Source: a virus
Direction: 5' to 3' (one strand)
DNA: 64,000 nt
Virus record (IMG/VR): IMGVR_UViG_3300020421_000003
Below, piece after piece: positions 48,235 to 57,199 of this stretch. Each line of letters starts with the position of its first letter. Position 1 is the stretch's first letter. The position numbers were made by a program, and so were the translations under genes. The notes beneath the pieces were generated by a model, which saw only the letters and a list, made by a program, of their open reading frames with translations, had not been told where the DNA came from and searched no databases.

Positions 48235-49044
48235 TTATCCGTAGAATTCGTGGACTACGACCACACCCTCACGTCCTCTAGCACCTCTATTTGAGTGCTG
48301 AGATCCGTTACCACCAGATCCCCATGCAGCATGAGACTGGTGTCTGTGAGAATAGTTTGATTGACCGTGGGATGATGGTTGTGCGCCACCGAAGTAACTC
48401 ACTCCTGAAGTGTGGTTACCATATGAGTGGTGAGATCCGTGTCCGTTACCCCCACCTCCGTAGATGTTAAGGGATCCTCCAGATCCGTTACCACCGTATC
48501 CACCAGCGTGCTGTGTACTACAGTTGGCACCGATTCCGCCACTGGCACTACAGTAGGATCCAAAGGAAGAAGAGTTACCGTTACCGCCACAACCAGAATA
48601 GTTTGTACCGCCACCAGGACTACCAATAGTAACTGAAACTGATGATACATTGGTCACATCAACTTGTCTCTGTGAAGTGCCAGCAGCACCACCAGATTCA
48701 CAGTGTCCGCTACCTCCACCACCTGCACCTGTCACCGTAACCATGATAGTTTTAACACCAGATGGTTTCGTCCAAGTACCATTAGAAGTCCATACTTGCA
48801 TGGATCTTACACCAGCAGCACTACTCAGATCACCCCATTGAAGTGATGATCCATTAGTGGTTAAAAATTTACCCTGATAACTAGAAGGGTTTGGAATAAT
48901 ATAGTTAGACGATCCAGCAATATTCCCATCAACTGAGAGATTAGTAACGGTTAGTGTGCCGTTAGCGGTCAATCCACCACTCGACAAGGTGAATCCACCG
49001 ATTCCACCTAAGTCCTTAATAGCGTTTACATTTAGCTGTGCCAT
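48235..49044 (-). CDS. Gly/His-rich adhesin-like fibre protein, copy 1
   Basis: 269 aa, colinear with copies 2 and 3. Confidence 0.8.
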   Translation of the reverse strand: MAQLNVNAIKDLGGIGGFTLSSGGLTANGTLTVTNLSVDGNIAGSSNYIIPNPSSYQGKFLTTNGSSLQWGDLSSAAGVRSMQVWTSNGTWTKPSGVKTIMVTVTGAGGGGSGHCESGGAAGTSQRQVDVTNVSSVSVTIGSPGGGTNYSGCGGNGNSSSFGSYCSASGGIGANCSTQHAGGYGGNGSGGSLNIYGGGGNGHGSHHSYGNHTSGVSYFGGAQPSSHGQSNYSHRHQSHAAWGSGGNGSQHSNRGARGREGVVVVHEFYG

Positions 49045-49065
49045 GCTACTTTAATTCCTACGTTG

Positions 49066-49620
49066 TTATTTATGTAATTTCCTGGTCTTAAACATCAGAG
49101 TCATTCTAAGCGAATCACTATACTGACTAACTGGTCTGACTCCGTGCCAGACATTACCAGGAAAACCTAAGATTGATCTAAACTTAGGTAATACCGAATG
49201 AGTTATCAATTGGTTTTCTTTATCCCAAAGAATAGTTTCTCCTCCAGAATCGACACCCCAAGATTTATTCACATAGACAATTATAGTCTTACTTGTATCT
49301 AGGGAATCATCAGTGTGTAGTCTTTGATCTTGCCCACATGTTTGAGCATTTGCATAACAACGAATCAAACAATCATCAGGATCTAAGTATGGTTTGATAT
49401 CTTTCCACACATCAAGTATCAATCCACTAATTTCATGCTCACAGTCATAACATGACTCCCCCAATGTAGTCGGTCCACCGAAAAAGATAGTCCAATGTGG
49501 AATACTCCTCCTTACTATACTAGGATGACTGAGATATCCCCATTTCCAGGCAGAATTTCTCAGGTATTCATATAATTCAGTTGCTCTAGATTCAGATATC
49601 GCATTTTCATGATAAAACAT
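49066..49620 (-). CDS. Fe(II)/2-oxoglutarate oxygenase (prolyl-hydroxylase-like, HxD)
   Basis: RCYANAQT.GQD..LHTDD, YVNKSW...GGET, WHGVRP, RMTLMFK. Confidence 0.9.
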   Translation of the reverse strand: MFYHENAISESRATELYEYLRNSAWKWGYLSHPSIVRRSIPHWTIFFGGPTTLGESCYDCEHEISGLILDVWKDIKPYLDPDDCLIRCYANAQTCGQDQRLHTDDSLDTSKTIIVYVNKSWGVDSGGETILWDKENQLITHSVLPKFRSILGFPGNVWHGVRPVSQYSDSLRMTLMFKTRKLHK

Positions 49621-49626
49621 ATTCTT

Positions 49627-50454
49627 TTAACCCCAACCGAAGTATCCTTCGGCGTTTCCTAGGAATCTATTAACAAATGTTTGTGCTTGAGATTGATCAA
49701 TTGTGCCATTTGTCTGTCCCTTTGACACTAGAGCAGTCCAAACAAAACAGTTTGTTGATGTTGATTCGTATTGAGATGTGTCACTGTCAGAGTTACCTGC
49801 AAAAGTATTAACAGTAAATCCATTAGAGACATTACTACCTCCCCACCTACTACTACCAACAGTGCAGTATAAGTGAGAAACACCAGGGTCACTATTCTGG
49901 TTCCATGATTTGTTTACGATCCATGCATAAACCTTATCAAATTCTCCCACCGTAGCATTATTATATACTGTAAGTGCAGCAGGAGTGCCACCACCATTGT
50001 CAGCACCTAGGTTACCATATCTTGACCATCCATATCGAGTTTCTTGACCAGTTGGTGCGACTGCAATAGCAACCAAGGGCCAAGAATAACCAAGTGGAAT
50101 ATATTTGATCGAACTGAATGTTTGTAGATTACTATTATATCCCAGGTTACCACTGGCACTACCATCCCTTCTTACTTGAGTGTAGTTACCACCGTCATAC
50201 ATATCAGACTGAGCATCATTAATTCTGTCATCACCAGCATCTGTCTCATATTGATAGTTGGTGCCAGTTGATGCCCAACCTGTTTTCCTAGTCTGCATGT
50301 AGTCACGGAATGCTGTTAACTCAGAATCATTATATAAAGGGAAATCAACTACGCCACCACCTGAATTGGGATCACCAGCAGCACCACCAATTGTGCCTCT
50401 TCTTGCAATAGTAGCACCAAGGGGCGAAAATGCCCCTGACAGTCCAATACTCAT
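49627..50454 (-). CDS. Putative fibre-tip/receptor-binding structural protein
   Basis: 275 aa, Gly/Ser/Asn/Trp rich, INDAQSDMYDGGN motif; ATGA-coupled to a fibre gene. Confidence 0.55.
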   Translation of the reverse strand: MSIGLSGAFSPLGATIARRGTIGGAAGDPNSGGGVVDFPLYNDSELTAFRDYMQTRKTGWASTGTNYQYETDAGDDRINDAQSDMYDGGNYTQVRRDGSASGNLGYNSNLQTFSSIKYIPLGYSWPLVAIAVAPTGQETRYGWSRYGNLGADNGGGTPAALTVYNNATVGEFDKVYAWIVNKSWNQNSDPGVSHLYCTVGSSRWGGSNVSNGFTVNTFAGNSDSDTSQYESTSTNCFVWTALVSKGQTNGTIDQSQAQTFVNRFLGNAEGYFGWG

Positions 50455-51308
50455 GATGCGTAGTTTCCTCCACTACCTAACACTGTATACTGACCCGTGG
50501 ATCCAGTGTTGAATGCAATGAATGAGAAAGATACAACACAAATACTACCACCAGTATGTCCAGGGTTAACACCCCCAGGCCATTTAATCACTTGTTGTTG
50601 ACCATCTACGTTGACTGTAGAGGGGATACCTGTACCACCAGCGTCGTTAATAATACATGTAATTGTATATGCCGCCGAGTCTGTGGGCATATTGTTAATA
50701 TTTAAGGTGAAGTTACCACCGCCAGTCTTTTCAATAAAGATAGCATTATTGTTATTAAAATCGTGAGTGATGTCACCAGCGGTGTTGTAGAAAGTCAGAC
50801 TTTCTTTTGTCTCAGAGAAGTGTAGCGTCCCTGTGCTAGTGATATGTCCAGATGTAATCTCTACAAATTCTGCAGTGCTGGAGTCTTCCTCACCAATAAC
50901 GTTCCATGCAGCACCATTTTCAACGGTAACTGTGAAACCGTTGTCAATCTGCACGGGACCAATCGTGGCACCGTTGGCAAACTCAGGACCACCGTTAGCA
51001 GTTGATCCAATAGTAATATTCTCTTGAATATTCTTTCCGTTTGTCCTGATGATAGAGTCTTCACCCAGTGAAGGACCACCACCACCGACATCATCCCAAC
51101 CAGGCACACCTTGGGCAGCATCTGCTTTATAGATCTGCGCCATGTCCTCGGTGGTGTTATACACCAACGTGCCATAGGCAGGTGTGCCTAAGGCAGTGAC
51201 TGCTGCTTGGTTAAGTGCAGGCAGGTTGATCTGCTCGGTTACCTGCAGTGCCTCCATAATGGCACGGGTAACCTGATCAATCTGATTGCCTATAATTTTG
51301 GTGGACAT
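50451..51308 (-). CDS. Tail fibre-associated structural protein
   Basis: GTLVYNTT, IIRTN..I.ENITI..GPVQI.NG.TVTV.NG..W, IKWPGG motifs typical of fibre proteins. Confidence 0.7.
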   Translation of the reverse strand: MSTKIIGNQIDQVTRAIMEALQVTEQINLPALNQAAVTALGTPAYGTLVYNTTEDMAQIYKADAAQGVPGWDDVGGGGPSLGEDSIIRTNGKNIQENITIGSTANGGPEFANGATIGPVQIDNGFTVTVENGAAWNVIGEEDSSTAEFVEITSGHITSTGTLHFSETKESLTFYNTAGDITHDFNNNNAIFIEKTGGGNFTLNINNMPTDSAAYTITCIINDAGGTGIPSTVNVDGQQQVIKWPGGVNPGHTGGSICVVSFSFIAFNTGSTGQYTVLGSGGNYAS

Positions 51309-51333
51309 TCTAGACCCCGATTAGTGTATGATT

Positions 51334-54300
51334 TTAGATAACCAATTCACGGATTTGAATGTTGTCTCCAGTCTGAGGCACTGTGCCGACTGAGAAGTCA
51401 ACCGCGTTAGCAGTAACTGTGTAGTCAGTCCCAGGACGTTGACAAACACCATTCAAGAATACCAATAATGAATATGCATTATGACCAGGCGAGATAGCAA
51501 AGGATGACGTTGATCCATTGCCTGTATACATCACACCGTTGTTTCCATTACTAATTCCAGTCGCCAATGAGTATTTATCAGCGCAACCATATTTACCAGT
51601 CACATCAATGTCACCGCTAACCATTACGTTACCAGCAATCTTCATGCGATTGGATGCATCAGGTGCGATGCCAATACCATAATGTGTTTCACCACTAAAC
51701 CTATTAGATGTGATAGGTGTAGTATCACTTAGACCAAACTTATACCATGTGCCTGAGTCGTAAATCCAACCCAAGGCAAGACCTGGAGCCCAGTCAATGT
51801 TGTAGCAGAGATCACCGCTGTTGTATGCTTCACCAGAATCAACCTCAGGGTTACCTGAGGAATCCTCTTCTGCCATGAGGATGTTTCTCAACACCGTGCC
51901 ATCTTGGTTGGACAGTGTGAAGTTAACAGTCTGCACTGTATCCTGTGATGTAATCTTCTTCTGGAAGGTTACAGGACCAGAGAATACAGATTCCAACTGG
52001 TTAGATGCACCACCAATAACAGTTAGTTTATCAGTCAGCACCAACTCAGAGAATGTCTCAATAGTTGTGCCTTCTTCACCCAACACGTTAAGTTGTGCAA
52101 TATCTTCGTTAGTGATCTGACCTGTAACTGGGTTAATAACTTGGTTACCAACAAACAACTCACCGTCAGAGTTAACACCAGAGTAGTATGCAACACCTGC
52201 TGCTTCTTTCAGTGACTGAGACAGGCGAACTTGGGCAGGACTGAGCACTTCCACCTGTGTAGATGGGAATGCAGTTGAGTAGTTACCAGGACCGAAACCA
52301 AGATACTCAAACGTGTGACCAGATGCTCTAAGAATAGAGTATCTTCTCAACTCACAGAGAATAGGTTGGACACTATTGTCAGCGTTAAGTTTCAATGGGA
52401 TCTTACGATCTTCTGCTTCACCCAGGCGTGCAGTGACAGAAATGCCATTCAGCACGTTAGATGTAGTGTTATAACCTAGGTTATTCTCACTCTCAAGCAG
52501 GAAGAATTGTGATGATTCCTTTGTAATAGATCTCTCTGTATCCTTATTAGGGACAGGAGATGCACCATCAGTTGTAGTAACTAAACCTAGAGTTTCGTTA
52601 TCTGCAATAGAAACTGCAGCGGCAGGATCAGCAACAGGGTTGTCTCTATCGAATGCAGGATAGAGGTCAACTGTCTGCTGTGAGAAGAAGAAATCGTTGA
52701 AGTTAGAGGTAGATGGTGATACTGACGCATTCAATAGTGTCAGATAGTAGATACCATCGGTAACACCCCTTTCAAATGTTTGATATGTCTCAGTAGCATA
52801 GACATAGTATGTCTTACTGTATGCAGGGGAGTTTGTTTCACTGGATCTAGGTTGTAATACGAAACCAGTGATGGGCTCTCTAGGCACTGGGAATGCATCT
52901 TTGTCCAGCACATAGCGATAACGATATACTCTGTCAACCAAGTTACGAGCATCAGGCACACGACGAATGTATGTCGTAGGTGTGAATCCGAGGTTTTGAT
53001 AGAGTGAGTTTGCTTGTAGCGTAGTATAAATGGTATTCTGTGCTGCGTTACCGTCAACCTGAATATACCATTGATTGTTGCTACTATCCCACTTGAGTGG
53101 TGATTCATCATCACCAGCACGGGTGCCAGTTACATCCTTACCAGAAGGATTGATGTCTGCATAGTGTGCAGTGGGTTCAGACGCGCCAGATGCAAGCAAG
53201 AGGACATATAGACGGTCAGGGGTGTTAACGTCGTCTCTTCTTGCACCAACAGTATAACCTTGGACCTTACTTGGTGGTCTTCCAGTTTCTACTGTGTATC
53301 CATATATGAATAGTTTAGTTGGGTCTGCTACAGATCGGGTCTTGGTAATATCAATTGTGACCCAGTTGATCGAAATTTCATCAACATCTGACAGCGACTT
53401 GGGAGGAATAACGTGGGTAATCTGTCCCGCTTTATCCTTAGTAAATGATGCTGCTTTGAAACCTTTGCTTCGCAGCGACGTATTTCCGAAGTTAGAGTTT
53501 GAGTTAGTAATGGATAAGTCACCACCAGACTCACTAAAGAAATGGTCACCAAATCCCACAGCAAACACAGACACAACCTGAATGAATGAATCATTGGATG
53601 CGTGGATATGGACGTGACGCCATCCTTTACGGTATTTACATAGACCGTTAATGTGTGCGCCAGATCCAGAAGCTTGTGCTTCATAGTTTCCTGTATTAGG
53701 GTTATACAGCACGAATGCACGGTCATCCTTTTGAAGGGAGATTCCCGTGAATTGAGCCACAACCATCGACTTAAATCCAGTTGCTTGACTACCATCGGCG
53801 TGCATACCGTTGATACCCCAAACACTTCTTAGTGATAGGTTAAAGACATATGGTGAGGCAGAGTCAACTGTGTCGATCTCAACCTTAACTAGGACATTAC
53901 TACCCAAAGCATTACCTGAGGGCTCTGCTGACATCTGATAGGTAAACTGGTTACCCTGTGCAGATGTTACCAGGAATGATCCATTATAGAGGAGAGCATC
54001 TTGGTCAGTAGGACCTGTAACCCCAGAAATATTAACAGCGACACCCACGGAGAATCCATGATTCTTCGGGTTACCAAGTTCATCAACTGTGAATGCTGTG
54101 GCGGTTTGTCCATTTCGGATGATCTGTGAGACTGCAAATTCGTCGGAAATAGGACCAACGATTCTGTTTTCCTCGACCCTTGGTTGCAACTGGTCTTGTG
54201 ATGGCAAACCTGAAGTATCAGGAATAACTGCGTAACCTTTAGAGATCTTCTGATAGTAGAGCTCTAGATCATCACCGTTGGCATATTCAAAACAAGTAAT

Positions 54301-54912
54301 CTTATGGTGTGAGAAGTTAGGTGCAATCTGACTCAGGTCATCTCTATAATAGACACCAGTGTTGTCCCCATCAAAGAAGGACATCTGCCAGAAATAACAA
54401 CCACCAGTTAACCTAAAGATAGCAGAAGGGCCAGGTTCATTAGCAGCAGTAATACCGAGACTACCCTGTACTGTGGGATAAGGGACGTATTTCGGAATGA
54501 TTTTGGTTCTACGAAGGTCCGAACCAACAACAGAGACACCACGAGGACAAATAACACCACCACGAGTTGAATTAAATTTATAAAGCTCATTACTCGCTGA
54601 GGTTAGATCAAAGTTGGTGTTTTCATTAAACGGTTGAATCTGGTTGTAATCCGCAAGACCAGGACGGTTATCAATAACATACTCTGATGGATACAGGTAG
54701 ATACTGAATGCGTCAAATTCGTCATTACTTAGACCCACACGATATGAGAAACGTGCCACCTCAAGGAAAGCACGTTGCAACGACTTAAATGGACGCAATG
54801 CCGAGTTACCTCGGTTATCAAATGCGTCCGATGCATCAAAGTCATCAGGGTTGACGTAAATAATACGCCCAGTCCTCGACGTGATTATATTTTTAAGACG
54901 TGTTAATGCCAT
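51334..54912 (-). CDS. Large tail fibre/spike structural protein (1192 aa)
   Basis: IIYVNP..DASD..N.G.S.LRPFKSLQRA and SVVGSDLRRTKI motifs (beta-helix-associated); C-terminal GNGSTSSF..LVFLNGVCQRP.TDY; late promoter upstream. Confidence 0.8.
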   Translation of the reverse strand: MALTRLKNIITSRTGRIIYVNPDDFDASDAFDNRGNSALRPFKSLQRAFLEVARFSYRVGLSNDEFDAFSIYLYPSEYVIDNRPGLADYNQIQPFNENTNFDLTSASNELYKFNSTRGGVICPRGVSVVGSDLRRTKIIPKYVPYPTVQGSLGITAANEPGPSAIFRLTGGCYFWQMSFFDGDNTGVYYRDDLSQIAPNFSHHKITCFEYANGDDLELYYQKISKGYAVIPDTSGLPSQDQLQPRVEENRIVGPISDEFAVSQIIRNGQTATAFTVDELGNPKNHGFSVGVAVNISGVTGPTDQDALLYNGSFLVTSAQGNQFTYQMSAEPSGNALGSNVLVKVEIDTVDSASPYVFNLSLRSVWGINGMHADGSQATGFKSMVVAQFTGISLQKDDRAFVLYNPNTGNYEAQASGSGAHINGLCKYRKGWRHVHIHASNDSFIQVVSVFAVGFGDHFFSESGGDLSITNSNSNFGNTSLRSKGFKAASFTKDKAGQITHVIPPKSLSDVDEISINWVTIDITKTRSVADPTKLFIYGYTVETGRPPSKVQGYTVGARRDDVNTPDRLYVLLLASGASEPTAHYADINPSGKDVTGTRAGDDESPLKWDSSNNQWYIQVDGNAAQNTIYTTLQANSLYQNLGFTPTTYIRRVPDARNLVDRVYRYRYVLDKDAFPVPREPITGFVLQPRSSETNSPAYSKTYYVYATETYQTFERGVTDGIYYLTLLNASVSPSTSNFNDFFFSQQTVDLYPAFDRDNPVADPAAAVSIADNETLGLVTTTDGASPVPNKDTERSITKESSQFFLLESENNLGYNTTSNVLNGISVTARLGEAEDRKIPLKLNADNSVQPILCELRRYSILRASGHTFEYLGFGPGNYSTAFPSTQVEVLSPAQVRLSQSLKEAAGVAYYSGVNSDGELFVGNQVINPVTGQITNEDIAQLNVLGEEGTTIETFSELVLTDKLTVIGGASNQLESVFSGPVTFQKKITSQDTVQTVNFTLSNQDGTVLRNILMAEEDSSGNPEVDSGEAYNSGDLCYNIDWAPGLALGWIYDSGTWYKFGLSDTTPITSNRFSGETHYGIGIAPDASNRMKIAGNVMVSGDIDVTGKYGCADKYSLATGISNGNNGVMYTGNGSTSSFAISPGHNAYSLLVFLNGVCQRPGTDYTVTANAVDFSVGTVPQTGDNIQIRELVI

Positions 54913-54957
54913 CTTCTATAAGAGTCCTGCTATATGGTTATTTATTAAGGGTCAAGA

Positions 54958-57192
54958 CTATGGGGCGGGAGCAGCACCACCGTCTGCTTCAGTCTGCTTC
55001 TTAATCATATTGATAACAGTGAGATCATCCGAAGCGGACTCGAAACCATTAACAACGTAACTTAGATCAGCAGCAGAGGAATAGACGAGAATATTCTGTC
55101 CAGGACCCACTACAACACCAGAAATCTTTTCTGTATCATTTGCTGCAATAGCGTTATCGTAGTAGAGGTAATCTTCTGCGCTATAAAGACCTGTCTGACT
55201 TGTTTGCTCAGCAGTAGAGATAGTAGCAGCATTAAATGTTAATGCAGCACCACCACCGTTGCCCAGTTGTGAATCATTGATCTGAATAGTTTCAGCAGCA
55301 GCAAAATCTTCGCCACCATCAACAATAGTAACAGTTGCAGCACCAGACCCATCAACAACTACAGTGAATTTTGCCTTAGCAATATTACCTGAAGCACCAG
55401 TGGCATTTGCGGTCAGATTAGAGTATGTGCCAGCAGAGCGAGCAGCATCAGCAGCACCAACAGTGTCAACAGATAGAATCTTACCAGTGACTGCCTTCAC
55501 CATGACACGAGTGCCATTATTTAATGTTGGCGTGTCAAGGAATTCAGTGTTATCTGTAAATGCAGTAGATCCTTCGCCTAAAGCAACCTTCAGGTGTGCT
55601 TTTGCAGGATCCCAATCCAACACATAACCATAAGGACCAGCGACAATACCATTCTGCTGGACAGTCTGGGTCACGTTGTTGATCGTGAAGGTGTCACCTG
55701 CAATCAGGGGCTCACCAGCAACATCATAGATGTAGATATCTTCGTAAGTAGGATTAGTTTGGACACTAACACCGAAACCAATACCAACTGTTGCTGCAGG
55801 AGGGTTACCAGTCGTGCCATCTGCATATACAAACAGTGAGATTCCAGTATTCTCATCGATAGCAATCGATGTGTATGCACCTGCTTGACCTGCAGTACCC
55901 ACCTTACTAACACCCTGAGTATACTCTGTGCCAGGAGTAGCGTCATTAGGACCCTCCACAGCATCATTGGAGAGTTTCAGAGGATAACCAGTGTTGGATG
56001 AATCTGATATATCAAACTTATAGGTGCGGTCAATGTTAAGTTGCAACTGACCGATATAAACATGATCGGTAGCAGAAGGTCCAGTGGGAGTAACAACAAA
56101 CTTGGTGAGAATAGTTGCACTCACGTTAGTTGTAAAGTTAAGACCAGCAGAAGCATTAGATGTGCCACCAGTGATTGTTTCGCCTTCACTGAAATAGTTA
56201 ACCAGATAGGTGCCGTTATCAATCAGCAGAGTAACGTTAACACCATCGTTATGATCAACATCAGCAGTGCCGTAGATACCACGCTGCAGGGTAAGATCGT
56301 TACCGTTAACCTGATCAATAGTGCAGAGCTCGTTATCAATTACGACAACACCACCAGATACAAATCCAGTGGAGTCAGTAACAGTTAGAGTTGAGTCACC
56401 AGAGGCAAAAGTTGCACCCTCGTTAATAGTTGTAACGGTAGCAGATGCAGACCATGCATTAGATGCAAGACCAGCAGGCACTACGCGAGCAGTTGTGCCC
56501 AGTCCAGAGCGACTAACTGTGACGATATTAGTAGCAGTGTCAACACCAGATGCATCGATAGTGACAACTTCAGCAGCAGCATCGTCTGTGGTGCCTAGAG
56601 TCACATACATGCCATCAGCAAGACCCGTTGTGCGGGAGAATGCCATCGCAGTGACACCCGTAGCATAAGATGTAAATTCTAGATCTGCACCAGTAAGTGA
56701 TCCACCACGATATAAAGCAGTGTAACCAGAATCACCACCAGTTAGAGTCTCACCACCCACAAATGTGCCAGCAGCAGAGTCTGCTTGGAATTGGATAGTA
56801 GAAATATCTTTTACTTGGGTGTAGTAAGTAACCTCACCCGTTGCCTTGAAGATGTCAAGGATCTTACCACTTGATGCGTTGGTAGAGAGAAATTCTCCTC
56901 CAGGGATGGCATCAGCAAATGAAAACCCAGGGTTAACAGTGACTTTATATGCACTGATTGGGTTGCCTTTAGTAAACTTATAGGTAGATGCCGATCCACC
57001 ATTCTCGGATTCGGGTCCATCTAGGTGCAGCACCTGATCGTAGTCCCTTAATGCCATCCGATAAGTGGCACCACTACCAGACTGGTTGCATACACTAACA
57101 ACTGTGCTGCCAGTTACAGTAGTCGGACACCTGTAAAGGACCGTATTTGTGGTTGCTCCTGGTTTAGAAGCTGCGAGTCTTCCTGCTGTCAT
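54958..57192 (-). CDS. Virion structural protein (744 aa)
   Basis: Thr/Gly/Ala-rich beta-strand repeats in the late structural block. Confidence 0.75.
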   Translation of the reverse strand: MTAGRLAASKPGATTNTVLYRCPTTVTGSTVVSVCNQSGSGATYRMALRDYDQVLHLDGPESENGGSASTYKFTKGNPISAYKVTVNPGFSFADAIPGGEFLSTNASSGKILDIFKATGEVTYYTQVKDISTIQFQADSAAGTFVGGETLTGGDSGYTALYRGGSLTGADLEFTSYATGVTAMAFSRTTGLADGMYVTLGTTDDAAAEVVTIDASGVDTATNIVTVSRSGLGTTARVVPAGLASNAWSASATVTTINEGATFASGDSTLTVTDSTGFVSGGVVVIDNELCTIDQVNGNDLTLQRGIYGTADVDHNDGVNVTLLIDNGTYLVNYFSEGETITGGTSNASAGLNFTTNVSATILTKFVVTPTGPSATDHVYIGQLQLNIDRTYKFDISDSSNTGYPLKLSNDAVEGPNDATPGTEYTQGVSKVGTAGQAGAYTSIAIDENTGISLFVYADGTTGNPPAATVGIGFGVSVQTNPTYEDIYIYDVAGEPLIAGDTFTINNVTQTVQQNGIVAGPYGYVLDWDPAKAHLKVALGEGSTAFTDNTEFLDTPTLNNGTRVMVKAVTGKILSVDTVGAADAARSAGTYSNLTANATGASGNIAKAKFTVVVDGSGAATVTIVDGGEDFAAAETIQINDSQLGNGGGAALTFNAATISTAEQTSQTGLYSAEDYLYYDNAIAANDTEKISGVVVGPGQNILVYSSAADLSYVVNGFESASDDLTVINMIKKQTEADGGAAPAP

Positions 57193-57199
57193 TTGTTAA

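Larger units (their letters stand above)
46572..49073 (-). repeat. Tandem triplication, ~830-bp unit (late promoter + 269-aa gene)
   Basis: Gene starts at 49044, 48214 and 47381 (periods 830 and 833), each preceded by ATAAATA. Confidence 0.9.

Noticed and set aside
46572-49044. Triplicated region as a diversity-generating retroelement (TR/VR)
   Set aside because: All three copies are intact genes, differences are mostly synonymous and not adenine-specific, and no reverse transcriptase is present in the window.
27707-49620. 2OG oxygenases as non-haem halogenases
   Set aside because: All retain HxD or HxH ligands rather than the HxG/HxA substitution of 2OG-dependent halogenases.
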